A stretch of DNA of 64,000 nt from Escherichia phage vB_EcoM_JS09. The position numbers and the translations under genes are program-made. Each line of letters opens with the position of its first letter. The stretch's first letter is position 1. Of this stretch, positions 36,041 to 44,601 are shown in pieces. The notes under the pieces are model-generated. The model was given only the letters and a program-made list of their open reading frames with translations, had not been told where the DNA came from and made no database searches. Where the stretch lies: the sequence record NC_024124.2; one strand, 5' to 3'.

Positions 36041-36378
36041 CCGTATGGCCTTCTCTTGGTGAGAACATTCTAATTTTTATTATGAGTATTGGCATGGGAT
36101 TTGCCTTTGGATTAGTTGGATTTCTTATTGACGGCGTTGTGTTAGGATTTATAGGGAACACTGGTGGATTCACAGACCAATGGCAGGACTTACGGTATAC
36201 CCAAGCCTTTGCATCCATCGCATCATTTTGTACTGTAGTCTATTTTTACTACGATTTTATAAACCATAACAAGAAAAATAAAAAGGTTTACGCTTCTCAA
36301 ATGATTAGTTATAATGAACTCCTAGCTAGACGTGAAAATGAAACAATAGAAAACTTTATTAAGGAATGTAGAAAATGA
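36019..36378 (+). CDS. small membrane protein, C-terminal ENFIKECRK family (member 2)
   Basis: 119 aa; hydrophobic helices; ends ...IENFIKECRK. Confidence 0.55.
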   Translation: MQKPQLLTVWPSLGENILIFIMSIGMGFAFGLVGFLIDGVVLGFIGNTGGFTDQWQDLRYTQAFASIASFCTVVYFYYDFINHNKKNKKVYASQMISYNELLARRENETIENFIKECRK

Positions 36379-36680
36379 GTAAGATTATTGAAATTAAAGT
36401 ACCAGAGTTTAATGATGCCAAATCCGCTTCAGACGCAATTTATAAACTTCTAAATCAAGCTGAACGTATCGAAGAAGAAGCAACAAAGATCGCAGACCAA
36501 TATGCAGTATCGTTTTCTGTAGGTGATTATGGTAGCGGTCGTACTTATTATCCTAAGGGTGAAATCGTATCCCAGTGGATGAAAGATGAAATTGAAAATA
36601 ATGGTGGCGATGTTAAGCGTGAAGGTAATGGTTACGTTATTACTGAAGGTGCTTGGGTTTCGTCTTCTGCGTTGTGCTAA
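36375..36680 (+). CDS. hypothetical protein, GWVSSSxxC C-terminal family (paralogue A)
   Basis: 101 aa; ends GAWVSSSALC. Confidence 0.55.
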   Translation: MSKIIEIKVPEFNDAKSASDAIYKLLNQAERIEEEATKIADQYAVSFSVGDYGSGRTYYPKGEIVSQWMKDEIENNGGDVKREGNGYVITEGAWVSSSALC

Positions 36681-36689
36681 GGAATTATT

Positions 36690-36962
36690 ATGTCTAAAGA
36701 ACAAACCGAACTGGCTGAAGCCGTAGCAAAAATCTATGCAGCTATTGAGGCTGCCAAAGAAATTGCTGATAAACAAAACACAACATTCAACTTGTATCCA
36801 GCTTATGGTATGGGTGGAACCTATCATTCACCCGGACATCTTAAAGCCGATCTTGAACGTTGTACAAAAAACGGCTATGCCGAATGGGCCGACGTTTACC
36901 AATACGACTATAACCTGAGTCTCGAAACTGGTGGTTGGGTTGCATCTTCTCACACTTGCTAA
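36690..36962 (+). CDS. hypothetical protein, GWVSSSxxC C-terminal family (paralogue B)
   Basis: 90 aa; ends GGWVASSHTC. Confidence 0.55.
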   Translation: MSKEQTELAEAVAKIYAAIEAAKEIADKQNTTFNLYPAYGMGGTYHSPGHLKADLERCTKNGYAEWADVYQYDYNLSLETGGWVASSHTC

Positions 36963-36971
36963 GGAAACCGT

Positions 36972-37169
36972 ATGTCTCGTGAATTAGATTGTGCTGTACG
37001 TACCGCAGTAGCTGCTCTAGAAAACCTGTTCCAAATTGCAACAGAAGAACGCGAAGAAGTTACATTATGGATTGAAGATAACGCAGGTCTGAATCTCCAG
37101 GACGCGATCTCATTATCTAATAATAGCATTACTGTTCAAGGCTGGGTATCATCTAGTTATTCTTGCTAA
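36972..37169 (+). CDS. hypothetical protein, GWVSSSxxC C-terminal family (paralogue C)
   Basis: 65 aa; ends QGWVSSSYSC. Confidence 0.5.
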   Translation: MSRELDCAVRTAVAALENLFQIATEEREEVTLWIEDNAGLNLQDAISLSNNSITVQGWVSSSYSC

Positions 37170-37174
37170 AACAG

Positions 37175-37203
37175 TTTACAACAAGATAGGGCTATGTTAT
37201 AGT
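37175..37203 (+). promoter_or_regulatory. early promoter cassette with palindrome GATAGGGCTA...TAGTCCTATC
   Basis: GTTTAC, 17-nt spacer, TATAGT. Confidence 0.55.
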
Positions 37204-37231
37204 AGTCCTATCAAATTAAATGGAGTCTGCA

Positions 37232-37471
37232 ATGATTTATTACGAAAGTATTGGAACTAAAGTGGTTGCTAAAACCATTACTCGTGAAAAGTTTGCAAAG
37301 ATATTCGATATGCGTTATAAAAAATCTGAACACAAAGGCATCCGATTCGAAGATGCGCACTGTACAATTTGCCCTTATAATGAAGACATAAACGGTACAA
37401 TCGTTCCATTGGTAGAGGCTTCACATGATGACCTCTGGGATGAATATAATATCGCATGTCGTGAAATTTAA
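37232..37471 (+). CDS. hypothetical protein
   Basis: Track ORF 37220..; second ATG follows SD ggag. Confidence 0.5.
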   Translation: MIYYESIGTKVVAKTITREKFAKIFDMRYKKSEHKGIRFEDAHCTICPYNEDINGTIVPLVEASHDDLWDEYNIACREI

Positions 37472-37495
37472 GTTAATTAATCCGAGGAAAATATT

Positions 37496-38452
37496 ATGAT
37501 GTTAGTTATTGGTTCTCGTGCACTTCACTATCATGGTCTTATTGATTCTAGCGCTATCAAAAATAGCGATTGGGACTTTATTGCGGACCAAGGTTCTTGG
37601 AATGCATTCAAAAATCAAATGATGGGTGTATATGTTCACCAAGACAACCCTGATGTCCAAGTTTTCAAATGCTTCCATAATGGACGCGAAACTCATTTTG
37701 AAGCATATATTGTTCCGGCAATCACTAATGTTCGTGAATTAGTCGGTGAACTCACTCCTGAAGATTTCACGTCTTCTTATGACCTTTTAAAATACGCCAA
37801 GAAAAATTTGACTAAAGATCGTTTGACCGGGTTTTACTGGGCAACTCCTGAGATATGTCTTGCAATTAAAATGTCTCATCGTTTCAAGAAAAATAATCCA
37901 TTCTTTTTAAAGACTATGAACCATATTCAGTATCTTCGTGGTAAAGGTGTTACACTGAACGATGAACTTACTGAAATTATGCTGAAACGCCAGAAAGAAA
38001 CTTTGAACTATGCTCACCCAGTTCTTGACACTTCTAAAAGTGCGTTCTTTAAAGATGACATCTATACATATGACCATGATACTATTCACGAAGCCATTGC
38101 ACTAACAGACCGTCCGGCTTATACGTTTTACATGAAAGACGGTTCTGAAGTCATGACCTCACGCGAGAAGTTCGAATCGTTACCAGAAATGGTCAAATTG
38201 GCCGGCGTATATGAAGAATCATGTGTACTAGCGTTAGAACGTTCTCAGATTCCTAATAACTTTGAAATTAACCCTGAAGCCAGTTTCATGATGGCATTAG
38301 AAAAAGTCTGCACAATCATCACCTCCGGTTGGTTCCGTGAGTTCGCTTGGGAAAATTATAGCAAAGTAGTAAGTATGTACCAAAGCTTAGGACATGACGA
38401 TTACGTCAAGCGTTTCAAACAAAACTTTCATATGGTAAAACCTTTCAAATAA
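37496..38452 (+). CDS. hypothetical protein, possible nucleotidyltransferase-like N-terminus
   Basis: 318 aa; N-terminal IGSRALHYHGL...SDWDF loosely fits G-S...D-x-D; unverified. Confidence 0.6.
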   Translation: MMLVIGSRALHYHGLIDSSAIKNSDWDFIADQGSWNAFKNQMMGVYVHQDNPDVQVFKCFHNGRETHFEAYIVPAITNVRELVGELTPEDFTSSYDLLKYAKKNLTKDRLTGFYWATPEICLAIKMSHRFKKNNPFFLKTMNHIQYLRGKGVTLNDELTEIMLKRQKETLNYAHPVLDTSKSAFFKDDIYTYDHDTIHEAIALTDRPAYTFYMKDGSEVMTSREKFESLPEMVKLAGVYEESCVLALERSQIPNNFEINPEASFMMALEKVCTIITSGWFREFAWENYSKVVSMYQSLGHDDYVKRFKQNFHMVKPFK

Positions 38453-38464
38453 TTTCACAAAACA

Positions 38465-38494
38465 GTTTACAAGGTCTGTAGTTGTTGATACTAT
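38465..38494 (+). promoter_or_regulatory. early promoter cassette (GTTTAC / TACTAT)
   Basis: Followed by conserved leader caaaacaaatgagtgaatggagatataaaaATG. Confidence 0.55.
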
Positions 38495-38532
38495 AGACCT
38501 ATCAAAACAAATGAGTGAATGGAGATATAAAA

Positions 38533-38733
38533 ATGACTACTTTGAATAAACGTTTCGGTAAAGCTAAACCTGGTTGTGCAGCAAAACGTCGTTATGTTTT
38601 CGCTCAGTTAGAAGATGTAGAGTATCAGATTAATCAAGTTCACATTACTGGTATCGAGCCTATGTGTGGCCTTGAAGCTCTTCGTGAAGTTCGTGATGGG
38701 TATCGTCGTGACATCGAAGAAATGTCAAAATAA
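38533..38733 (+). CDS. hypothetical protein
   Basis: Track ORF 38515..; second ATG after SD ggag; 66 aa. Confidence 0.5.
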   Translation: MTTLNKRFGKAKPGCAAKRRYVFAQLEDVEYQINQVHITGIEPMCGLEALREVRDGYRRDIEEMSK

Positions 38734-38734
38734 G

Positions 38735-38763
38735 TGTACAAACTGATAGGGCTATATTATAGT
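38735..38763 (+). promoter_or_regulatory. early promoter cassette (GTGTAC / TATAGT) with palindrome GATAGGGCTA...TAGTCCTATC
   Basis: Same cassette family. Confidence 0.5.
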
Positions 38764-38789
38764 AGTCCTATCAACTTGAGGAGAATATT

Positions 38790-39095
38790 ATGAAATTAAC
38801 AGAAACCAACCGAATTGGTCTTTTAACAATACTTGCATCACCTTTTTACGCAGCCCTTTCTGTTGCAGTATTACAAAAGGCTTACGATATGGATGGTGTT
38901 CCTGGTTTTATATTCTTATCGCCGTTTTTGCTATTCGTTGGAGCATTGTTATTATATGCCACGACTGGTTTTGACCATAATGTCTGGGTCAATTATAAAC
39001 GTAAATTGTCTGAAGAAGAACACGCAGAAGCTCGTAAAAAAGCTATTGAATCTACCAATCTAGAAAATTTCATTAAAGAATGTCGAGGAAAATAA
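38790..39095 (+). CDS. small membrane protein, C-terminal ENFIKECRGK family (member 3)
   Basis: 101 aa; two TM helices; ends NLENFIKECRGK. Confidence 0.6.
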   Translation: MKLTETNRIGLLTILASPFYAALSVAVLQKAYDMDGVPGFIFLSPFLLFVGALLLYATTGFDHNVWVNYKRKLSEEEHAEARKKAIESTNLENFIKECRGK

Positions 39096-39096
39096 T

Positions 39097-39783
39097 ATGA
39101 ATAGTTCTAAAGTGTTTAATAGTCAAGCTCGTGCAGTAGGTGGTTTTGCCGGCGGTATTTCTAATGATAAAATCAAGAACGAGCCTATGTTCTTCAACTG
39201 TAGTTTAGAATTTGCTTATAATAACGGCGGTCCTATTACTCGTAGCTTCATCATGAACTTGCCGGACGATTGGAACACTGACCAGGTTGTATTTGATTCA
39301 CGAGTCCACATGCTGATGCCTGGTTGGTACCCTGCTATTCCTGGATATCACCATGATGACGTACCGCGCCCAGATATTCCAGTTGGTCAACACTTTATTA
39401 CTGCAGGACAACCTGATTATGACAATCCTCGCTATTTGTCTGAACATATTCTTGGTCTTGTTAACGCTGATGTGTGTCCTACTCATTTTGCAACAGGAAC
39501 TGCAGAGTTCAGTCAGATTCCTGATGGCGAACTTATCTATCGTCAGTGGCACAAAGAAGTCCTCGAAAAAATTGAAAAAGGTGAACTAGAGAAATGGGAA
39601 GCTCCAGATCGTACTCTTCTTCAGTTTGATTGGCAGACATGGCATACAGGTTCCCGCGCAGTAAGTAACGGTTGGCGTTGGTTCGGACGTGTATCTCGTA
39701 ATACAGACCGAGTTAAAAAGATTACCAATGAAATTCGTGTCAATGCTCAAGTTTATCTGGAATTCCCTATGGAAGGCTGGTAA
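39097..39783 (+). CDS. hypothetical protein
   Basis: 228 aa; contains GYHHDD and a later WHTGSR; any metal-binding assignment is speculative. Confidence 0.6.
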   Translation: MNSSKVFNSQARAVGGFAGGISNDKIKNEPMFFNCSLEFAYNNGGPITRSFIMNLPDDWNTDQVVFDSRVHMLMPGWYPAIPGYHHDDVPRPDIPVGQHFITAGQPDYDNPRYLSEHILGLVNADVCPTHFATGTAEFSQIPDGELIYRQWHKEVLEKIEKGELEKWEAPDRTLLQFDWQTWHTGSRAVSNGWRWFGRVSRNTDRVKKITNEIRVNAQVYLEFPMEGW

Positions 39784-40274
39784 TGATTAGCAAAACATAT
39801 TGGTCTAATATAGACGATGTCAACGAAGGTATTTCATACTATTCAGTAGATTGGACAGGATGTCCATCCTACTTAGTGAAACATATTTGCCAAGAATTTA
39901 AAATCGACCAGCCAGCAGGTATTATCGTGAACAGATACATTAATGGATATCAACCTATCGATGAAGTAATACGAACAACTCAAGCTGAGCTTGAAAAGTT
40001 TTTCAATAAGTGCCAATGGACAACAGGATGGATTATATTTGTACCGTCGGTATGGTTTTTTAGTACTAAGGTGAGTTCTTTCGGTTTTGTTGATATTATT
40101 GCTATCTTATTAGCATCTATTATCATAAGTGTTGTTGGTGGCATCATTGGCGGCGGCACTGTCGCTATCATTATTAATCTTATTAAAAGTAGTTTACAAG
40201 AACATAAAGACAAGATAAAAGCCAAGAATAATGAAGTTGAACGTTTTATTACAGAATGCAGGAATTTGAGATGA
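39783..40274 (+). CDS. membrane protein, C-terminal ERFITECR family (member 4)
   Basis: 163 aa; soluble N-domain plus two TM helices; ends ...NNEVERFITECRNLR. Confidence 0.6.
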   Translation: MISKTYWSNIDDVNEGISYYSVDWTGCPSYLVKHICQEFKIDQPAGIIVNRYINGYQPIDEVIRTTQAELEKFFNKCQWTTGWIIFVPSVWFFSTKVSSFGFVDIIAILLASIIISVVGGIIGGGTVAIIINLIKSSLQEHKDKIKAKNNEVERFITECRNLR

Positions 40275-40507
40275 GTATAGCAATTTACATTAAATCAGAA
40301 TCATGTGATAGTTATCTGTACACATACGATAAAGATGTGTCAGAAGAAAAAATCAAAGACGACCTTAATACGGACCTTGATTTGTTCCGTCCTATTGCAG
40401 ATTACAAACTTGCGGTCTCTAATAGTGAAAGTCCATCTAAAGAAACGCGCATTGAAGAATTTATGTCCAAATTAATGGCCAAATCATGGGACCGAGATGA
40501 TGAGTAA
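40271..40507 (+). CDS. hypothetical protein
   Basis: Track ORF 40256..; start at MSIAIYIKSES... Confidence 0.5.
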   Translation: MSIAIYIKSESCDSYLYTYDKDVSEEKIKDDLNTDLDLFRPIADYKLAVSNSESPSKETRIEEFMSKLMAKSWDRDDE

Positions 40508-40955
40508 GAAAAATAAAGTGAAAGAGCTATCAGCCGGTATTATCTTCATGACAAAAGATAAAGAGTTATTCATGGGGCGTGTAACTGGTTCTCGTCCTAA
40601 AGGTGCATTAGCTCATCGGTGGGATATTCCTAAAGGCCGTGTCGAACCCGGCGAATCTCCTATTGAAGCCGCTATTCGTGAATGCGAAGAAGAAACTGGG
40701 TTTACACAATATGACCCTGCCTTCCTGAAAGACCTAGGCGAACATCATTACTCAGACAATAAGAATATTCATCTGTTCCAATATACCATCCCTGTAGAGC
40801 ACGAGCAATTCAGAAACAGTGTTTGTAATTCCTATCATACATTCCCGGACGGACGACAGATTCCTGAATTTGATGCATTCGCTTTAATTAAACCTTCTCA
40901 ATGGGAATATGTAATGGGCAAATCATTATATAAGGTGCTCACTACCCTCCTATAA
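40497..40955 (+). CDS. nudE: Nudix hydrolase
   Basis: 152 aa; Nudix box GRVEPGESPIEAAIRECEEETGF; lies immediately upstream of e as T4 nudE (e.1) does. Confidence 0.85.
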   Translation: MMSKKNKVKELSAGIIFMTKDKELFMGRVTGSRPKGALAHRWDIPKGRVEPGESPIEAAIRECEEETGFTQYDPAFLKDLGEHHYSDNKNIHLFQYTIPVEHEQFRNSVCNSYHTFPDGRQIPEFDAFALIKPSQWEYVMGKSLYKVLTTLL

Positions 40956-40963
40956 GTAATAAA

Positions 40964-40987
40964 TACCTCCTATAAACGTGGGAGGTA
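40964..40987 (+). promoter_or_regulatory. SD-sequestering hairpin upstream of e with late-promoter-like box in the loop
   Basis: tacctcc-tataaacgtg-ggaggta; the 3' arm is the SD of e; loop holds tataaacg (one mismatch from TATAAATA). Confidence 0.5.
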
Positions 40988-40989
40988 TT

Positions 40990-41478
40990 ATGAATATATT
41001 TGAAATGCTTCGTAATGACGAAGGTCTTAGACTGACTTTATACAAAGACACTGAAGGCTTTTGGACGATTGGCATAGGCCATTTAGTAACAAAGAACCCG
41101 TCTTTAGCCGTAGCTAAAGCTGAACTTGACAGAATGATCGGTCGTAAATGCAACGGTACAATTACCCTTGATGAGGCTGAAAAGCTATTTAATGAAGACG
41201 TTGATAAAGCCGTCCGCGGAATCTTGGGTAATGCTAAACTTAAACCGGTATATGATTCTTTAGATGCAGTTCGTCGATGTGCATTGGTCAATATGGTCTT
41301 CCAAATGGGTGTAGCAGGTGTAGCTGGTTTTACTAATTCTCTTCGTATGCTTCAACAAAAACGTTGGGATGAAGCGGCAGTAAATCTAGCCCAATCTAAA
41401 TGGTATCGTCAGACACCTAATCGCGCGAAACGCGTAATCTCAACATTTAAAACAGGAACTTGGAAAGCGTATATATGA
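40990..41478 (+). CDS. e: endolysin (T4 lysozyme, muramidase)
   Basis: [32 protein letters not shown]...; catalytic E11/D20/T26 context conserved; about 162 aa. Confidence 0.97.
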   Translation: MNIFEMLRNDEGLRLTLYKDTEGFWTIGIGHLVTKNPSLAVAKAELDRMIGRKCNGTITLDEAEKLFNEDVDKAVRGILGNAKLKPVYDSLDAVRRCALVNMVFQMGVAGVAGFTNSLRMLQQKRWDEAAVNLAQSKWYRQTPNRAKRVISTFKTGTWKAYI

Positions 41479-41756
41479 AAACATATAGTGAATTTTTATC
41501 AGAATCTATTCTTAACGAAGCTACTGACACATTTGCGACTAAGCTAGGTGCAGCTTTGGTTGAAGCTGAAAGTCTATTAGCACGTATTTCTGAACTTGCT
41601 AGTAAGATAGATACTCGCAAATTTGAGCGCACCAGTGATATCGTTAAGCTTGAAGCATTGTTGCGTATGTGCGATAAGCCAGAAGAAATCGCTAAGAACG
41701 GCTCGCTGATGAAACAACGTCTTGAAAAATATATTTCAGGCGCTTCAGAAAAATAG
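41475..41756 (+). CDS. internal-protein-like protein with CTS
   Basis: Track ORF 41460..; start at [10 protein letters not shown]...; 93 aa. Confidence 0.55.
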   Translation: MKTYSEFLSESILNEATDTFATKLGAALVEAESLLARISELASKIDTRKFERTSDIVKLEALLRMCDKPEEIAKNGSLMKQRLEKYISGASEK

Positions 41757-41757
41757 T

Positions 41758-41788
41758 GTTTACTTCCTCCAATGGTTTTGATACTATA
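41758..41788 (+). promoter_or_regulatory. early promoter (GTTTAC / TACTAT) with inverted repeat TTCCTCCAA / TTGGAGGAA spanning the SD of denV
   Basis: The 3' arm (41803-41811) is the denV Shine-Dalgarno. Confidence 0.55.
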
Positions 41789-41814
41789 CATTCATCAACT
41801 ACTTGGAGGAAATT

Positions 41815-42228
41815 ATGACTCGTATCAATTTAACACTTGTTTCTGAACTGGCCGACCAACATCTTATGGCTGAGTATCGTGAATTACCACGCGTATTTGG
41901 TGCAGTCCGTAAACATGTTCAAAACGGTAAACGTGTAAAGGATTTTAAAATCTCTCCAACATTTATCTTAGGCACAGGTCACGTAACATTCTTTTACGAC
42001 AAACTCGAATTTTTACGTTTACGCCAAATCGAGCTAATCGCTGAATGCTTGAAACGTGGTTTCAAAATCAAGGACACGACTGTCCAGGATATTTCCGACA
42101 TCCCTGCCGAATTTTGTAATAATTATGTCCCGTCCGAAGCGTCCATTGCGATAAGTCAAGCACGCTTAGATGAAAAAATTGCTCAACGTCCGACTTGGTA
42201 CAAATACTATGGTAAATCAATTTACTAA
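41815..42228 (+). CDS. denV: endonuclease V (pyrimidine-dimer DNA glycosylase / AP lyase)
   Basis: [35 protein letters not shown]... near-identical to T4 DenV; 137 aa. Confidence 0.95.
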   Translation: MTRINLTLVSELADQHLMAEYRELPRVFGAVRKHVQNGKRVKDFKISPTFILGTGHVTFFYDKLEFLRLRQIELIAECLKRGFKIKDTTVQDISDIPAEFCNNYVPSEASIAISQARLDEKIAQRPTWYKYYGKSIY

Positions 42229-42240
42229 GGAAAAATGAAA

Positions 42241-42351
42241 ATGTATCAAGAATTTATCATTGAAGCAGAGGCCAAAGGTCCTAAAGTAGATGTTGACGAT
42301 ATTGGATATGATTTTAACAACTTCGGAATTATTTCTGGCGGTAAAGCTTAA
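42241..42351 (+). CDS. short CTS-like peptide (36 aa; possibly an internal-protein gene remnant)
   Basis: MYQEFIIEAEAKGPKVDVDDIGYDFNNFGIISGGKA; has the CTS core YQEFI.E. Confidence 0.3.
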   Translation: MYQEFIIEAEAKGPKVDVDDIGYDFNNFGIISGGKA

Positions 42352-42354
42352 ACG

Positions 42355-42384
42355 GTTTACGCTTAAGTATTAATATGGTATAAT
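42355..42384 (+). promoter_or_regulatory. early promoter (GTTTAC / TATAAT)
   Basis: 18-nt spacer; upstream of 42415 CDS. Confidence 0.55.
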
Positions 42385-42414
42385 TGCTCTATCAAAACAA
42401 ACAAGGAAACAAAA

Positions 42415-42729
42415 ATGAAAACGTATAAAGAATTTATTGCAGAATCCGCCAACCAACGCGTTGAAGGTGGTTATATTTGGATTGAACAAGTTGAGCCACC
42501 GAGCCGCACTTCTACAGGTAAATGGAAAATTACTGTTGATGGTCCTGGTGGTAAACGTAGGACTCTTAAAGAAATTAACGGGTACTATGAAGAAGCTCTT
42601 TCGGATGCAGGAACTTACATGATGCAAATCATGATTAAAAACCCTGAAAACCGTTTTGCAGCTAAAGTCTTCCGCCGTATTGGTAATAAACTTTATGATG
42701 CATATTCTAAAAACTTCCCTAAAGAATAA
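42415..42729 (+). CDS. internal head protein with CTS
   Basis: 104 aa; N-terminus MKTYKEFIAE (CTS consensus with gp21 cleavage site after Glu10). Confidence 0.6.
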   Translation: MKTYKEFIAESANQRVEGGYIWIEQVEPPSRTSTGKWKITVDGPGGKRRTLKEINGYYEEALSDAGTYMMQIMIKNPENRFAAKVFRRIGNKLYDAYSKNFPKE

Positions 42730-42755
42730 CATAAATTAAAACAATAGGAAAAAAA

Positions 42756-43058
42756 ATGAAAACATATCAAGAATTTATTACTGAAGCGCGAGTGAGTGCA
42801 GGTAAATTAGAAGCCGCTATAAATAAAAAGGCCCATTCATTTCATGATTTGTCCGATAAAGACCGTAAGAAACTTGTAAGCCTTTATATTGACAAAGAGC
42901 GTATTCTCGCTCTTCCTGGCGCTAATGAAGGTAAACAGGCCAAGCCTTTGAATGCTGTCGAAAAGAAAATTGATAACTTTGCTTCTAAATTCGGTATGTC
43001 TATGGATGACCTTCAGCAAGCGGCTATCGAAGCAGCTAAAGTAATTAAAGGTAAATAA
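42756..43058 (+). CDS. internal head protein with CTS (ipII-like)
   Basis: 100 aa; MKTYQEFITEARVSAGKLEAAINKKAHSFHDL...; T4 IPII is about 100 aa. Confidence 0.65.
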   Translation: MKTYQEFITEARVSAGKLEAAINKKAHSFHDLSDKDRKKLVSLYIDKERILALPGANEGKQAKPLNAVEKKIDNFASKFGMSMDDLQQAAIEAAKVIKGK

Positions 43059-43060
43059 CA

Positions 43061-43090
43061 GTTTACTTTCTCCTAGAATTGTGATAGTAT
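43061..43090 (+). promoter_or_regulatory. early promoter (GTTTAC / TAGTAT) upstream of denV fragment
   Basis: Resembles the cassette upstream of intact denV. Confidence 0.5.
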
Positions 43091-43115
43091 ATTCATAATT
43101 ACTTGGATGGGTAAA

Positions 43116-43244
43116 ATGACTTATATTAATTTGACTTTAGTATCTAAATTTGCTGATCAACATTTAATCGCCGAATACTGTGAATTGCCACGTGTTTTTG
43201 GTATAATTCGTAAACACGTGGCAAAAATATTTACATTCAAATAA
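43116..43244 (+). pseudogene. truncated denV paralogue (N-terminal 35 codons, then divergence and stop)
   Basis: [42 protein letters not shown] versus den[36 protein letters not shown]... Confidence 0.6.
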
Positions 43245-43387
43245 AATGGGAACAACCTGGACCTCATGATTCTATGAGGGATTCCCGCCAACCTGTAATA
43301 AGGTCGAGCCCAAGTGCGGTAATGGGTAAATACAGAAATGGACAATTCATGCGCCATGGAATGGCCCCCAACCTTAAGAGAAATAAT

Positions 43388-43927
43388 ATGAGAACATTTT
43401 TAACTGGACCTTATCTATCCCTGATGAATGCTTTTACACACCATTCTGATGCTAGAGTAGAAGAAATTTGTAAGAACGGTTATGCCCCACCATTTGAAGA
43501 CGTACTCAAGCAGTACTGTACACTTCGTTTAGACGGCGGCAGACAATCAGGTAAATCGACCGCAGTAACTAATTTTGCTGTTAATTGGCTGTATGACGGT
43601 GGAACAGTTATTGTTCTTTCTAATACTTCAGCTTATTCTAAAATTTCTGCTGGCAACATTGAAAAAGAATTTTCTCGTTATTCTAGCGACGATATTCGAT
43701 TCCGTTTATTTACTGATTCTGTCCGTAGTTTTATTGGCAATGAAGGTTCTAAATTCCGTGGATTAACGCTTTCTCGTATTCTGTATATAATTGACGAGCC
43801 TATTAAAGCTCCTGATATGGATAAGATTTACAACATACATATTAAAACAGTCCAACACTGTTGCAAAAGCAAATATTGCATCGGCGGTATTGCTCGTCCT
43901 CAATTTTTTGTGATTGGAATGCAATGA
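43388..43927 (+). CDS. hypothetical P-loop protein
   Basis: Walker-A-like DGGRQSGKSTAV; start uncertain (track 43274; Met at 43388 chosen for SD aagaga). Confidence 0.5.
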   Translation: MRTFLTGPYLSLMNAFTHHSDARVEEICKNGYAPPFEDVLKQYCTLRLDGGRQSGKSTAVTNFAVNWLYDGGTVIVLSNTSAYSKISAGNIEKEFSRYSSDDIRFRLFTDSVRSFIGNEGSKFRGLTLSRILYIIDEPIKAPDMDKIYNIHIKTVQHCCKSKYCIGGIARPQFFVIGMQ

Positions 43928-44232
43928 TGACCACTATTGAAGTTTTTGAGTATTGTTATAACAGCCCAGTATGCAATAAAAGGGCTCTTGTAGAAAATTA
44001 CGAGATCTACCATTTTAAACCTAAACGATATTGTTTGACTAAAGGTCCGTTCGCAGGTCAGCAGGTTCTTTGTACTGCTCCTAATGCACGGTTGATGACT
44101 AGTATTCCGCATTTCAAAATGGAATTTATTGATGGGCCGTTTAAGGGATTAATCACTCAAAGTTTAATGGCGTTTAATTCCGTCCCATTTTTGATTAAAG
44201 AAAAAACTTGGATAAATTTATTTTCTAATTGA
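43924..44232 (+). CDS. hypothetical protein
   Basis: ATGA-coupled to upstream gene; MMTTIEVFEYCYNSPVCNKR... Confidence 0.5.
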   Translation: MMTTIEVFEYCYNSPVCNKRALVENYEIYHFKPKRYCLTKGPFAGQQVLCTAPNARLMTSIPHFKMEFIDGPFKGLITQSLMAFNSVPFLIKEKTWINLFSN

Positions 44233-44238
44233 GGTTAT

Positions 44239-44601
44239 ATGAAAGCATATCAAATTCTTGAAGGTGCGCATAAAGGCACTATTTATTTTGAAGACGGTAC
44301 TCAGGCCCGGATTATTGTCTCTAAGACTTTTAAAGAAGACGCTATTGTAGACCCGGAAATTTTCTACGGTTTGAATGCCCGTGAAATTGAAATTGAACAT
44401 CAACCTAAAGTTAAAATTGAAGGTGGTCAACACCTGAACGTTAACGTTCTGCGTCGTGAAACTCTGGAAGATGCAGTTAAGCATCCGGAAAAATATCCTC
44501 AGCTGACCATCCGTGTATCCGGTTATGCAGTTCGCTTTAACTCTCTGACTCCAGAACAGCAGCGCGACGTTATCGCTCGTACCTTTACTGAGAGTCTATA
44601 A
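44239..44601 (+). CDS. autonomous glycyl radical cofactor (GrcA/YfiD-like)
   Basis: C-terminal [61 protein letters not shown] matches the PflB/GrcA glycyl-radical domain (RVSGYA); a T4 homologue is known. Confidence 0.85.
   Translation: MKAYQILEGAHKGTIYFEDGTQARIIVSKTFKEDAIVDPEIFYGLNAREIEIEHQPKVKIEGGQHLNVNVLRRETLEDAVKHPEKYPQLTIRVSGYAVRFNSLTPEQQRDVIARTFTESL

Noticed and set aside
36450-36827. Minus-strand 125-aa ORF across the GWVSSSxxC paralogue cluster
   Set aside because: Antisense to three tightly packed plus-strand genes each with SD and ATG; rejected as an artefact.
39097-39783. Possible 2OG-Fe(II) oxygenase (HxD...H) assignment for the 228-aa protein
   Set aside because: GYHHDD and a distal WHTGSR are suggestive but spacing and surrounding beta-strand pattern could not be verified without a profile search; left as hypothetical.
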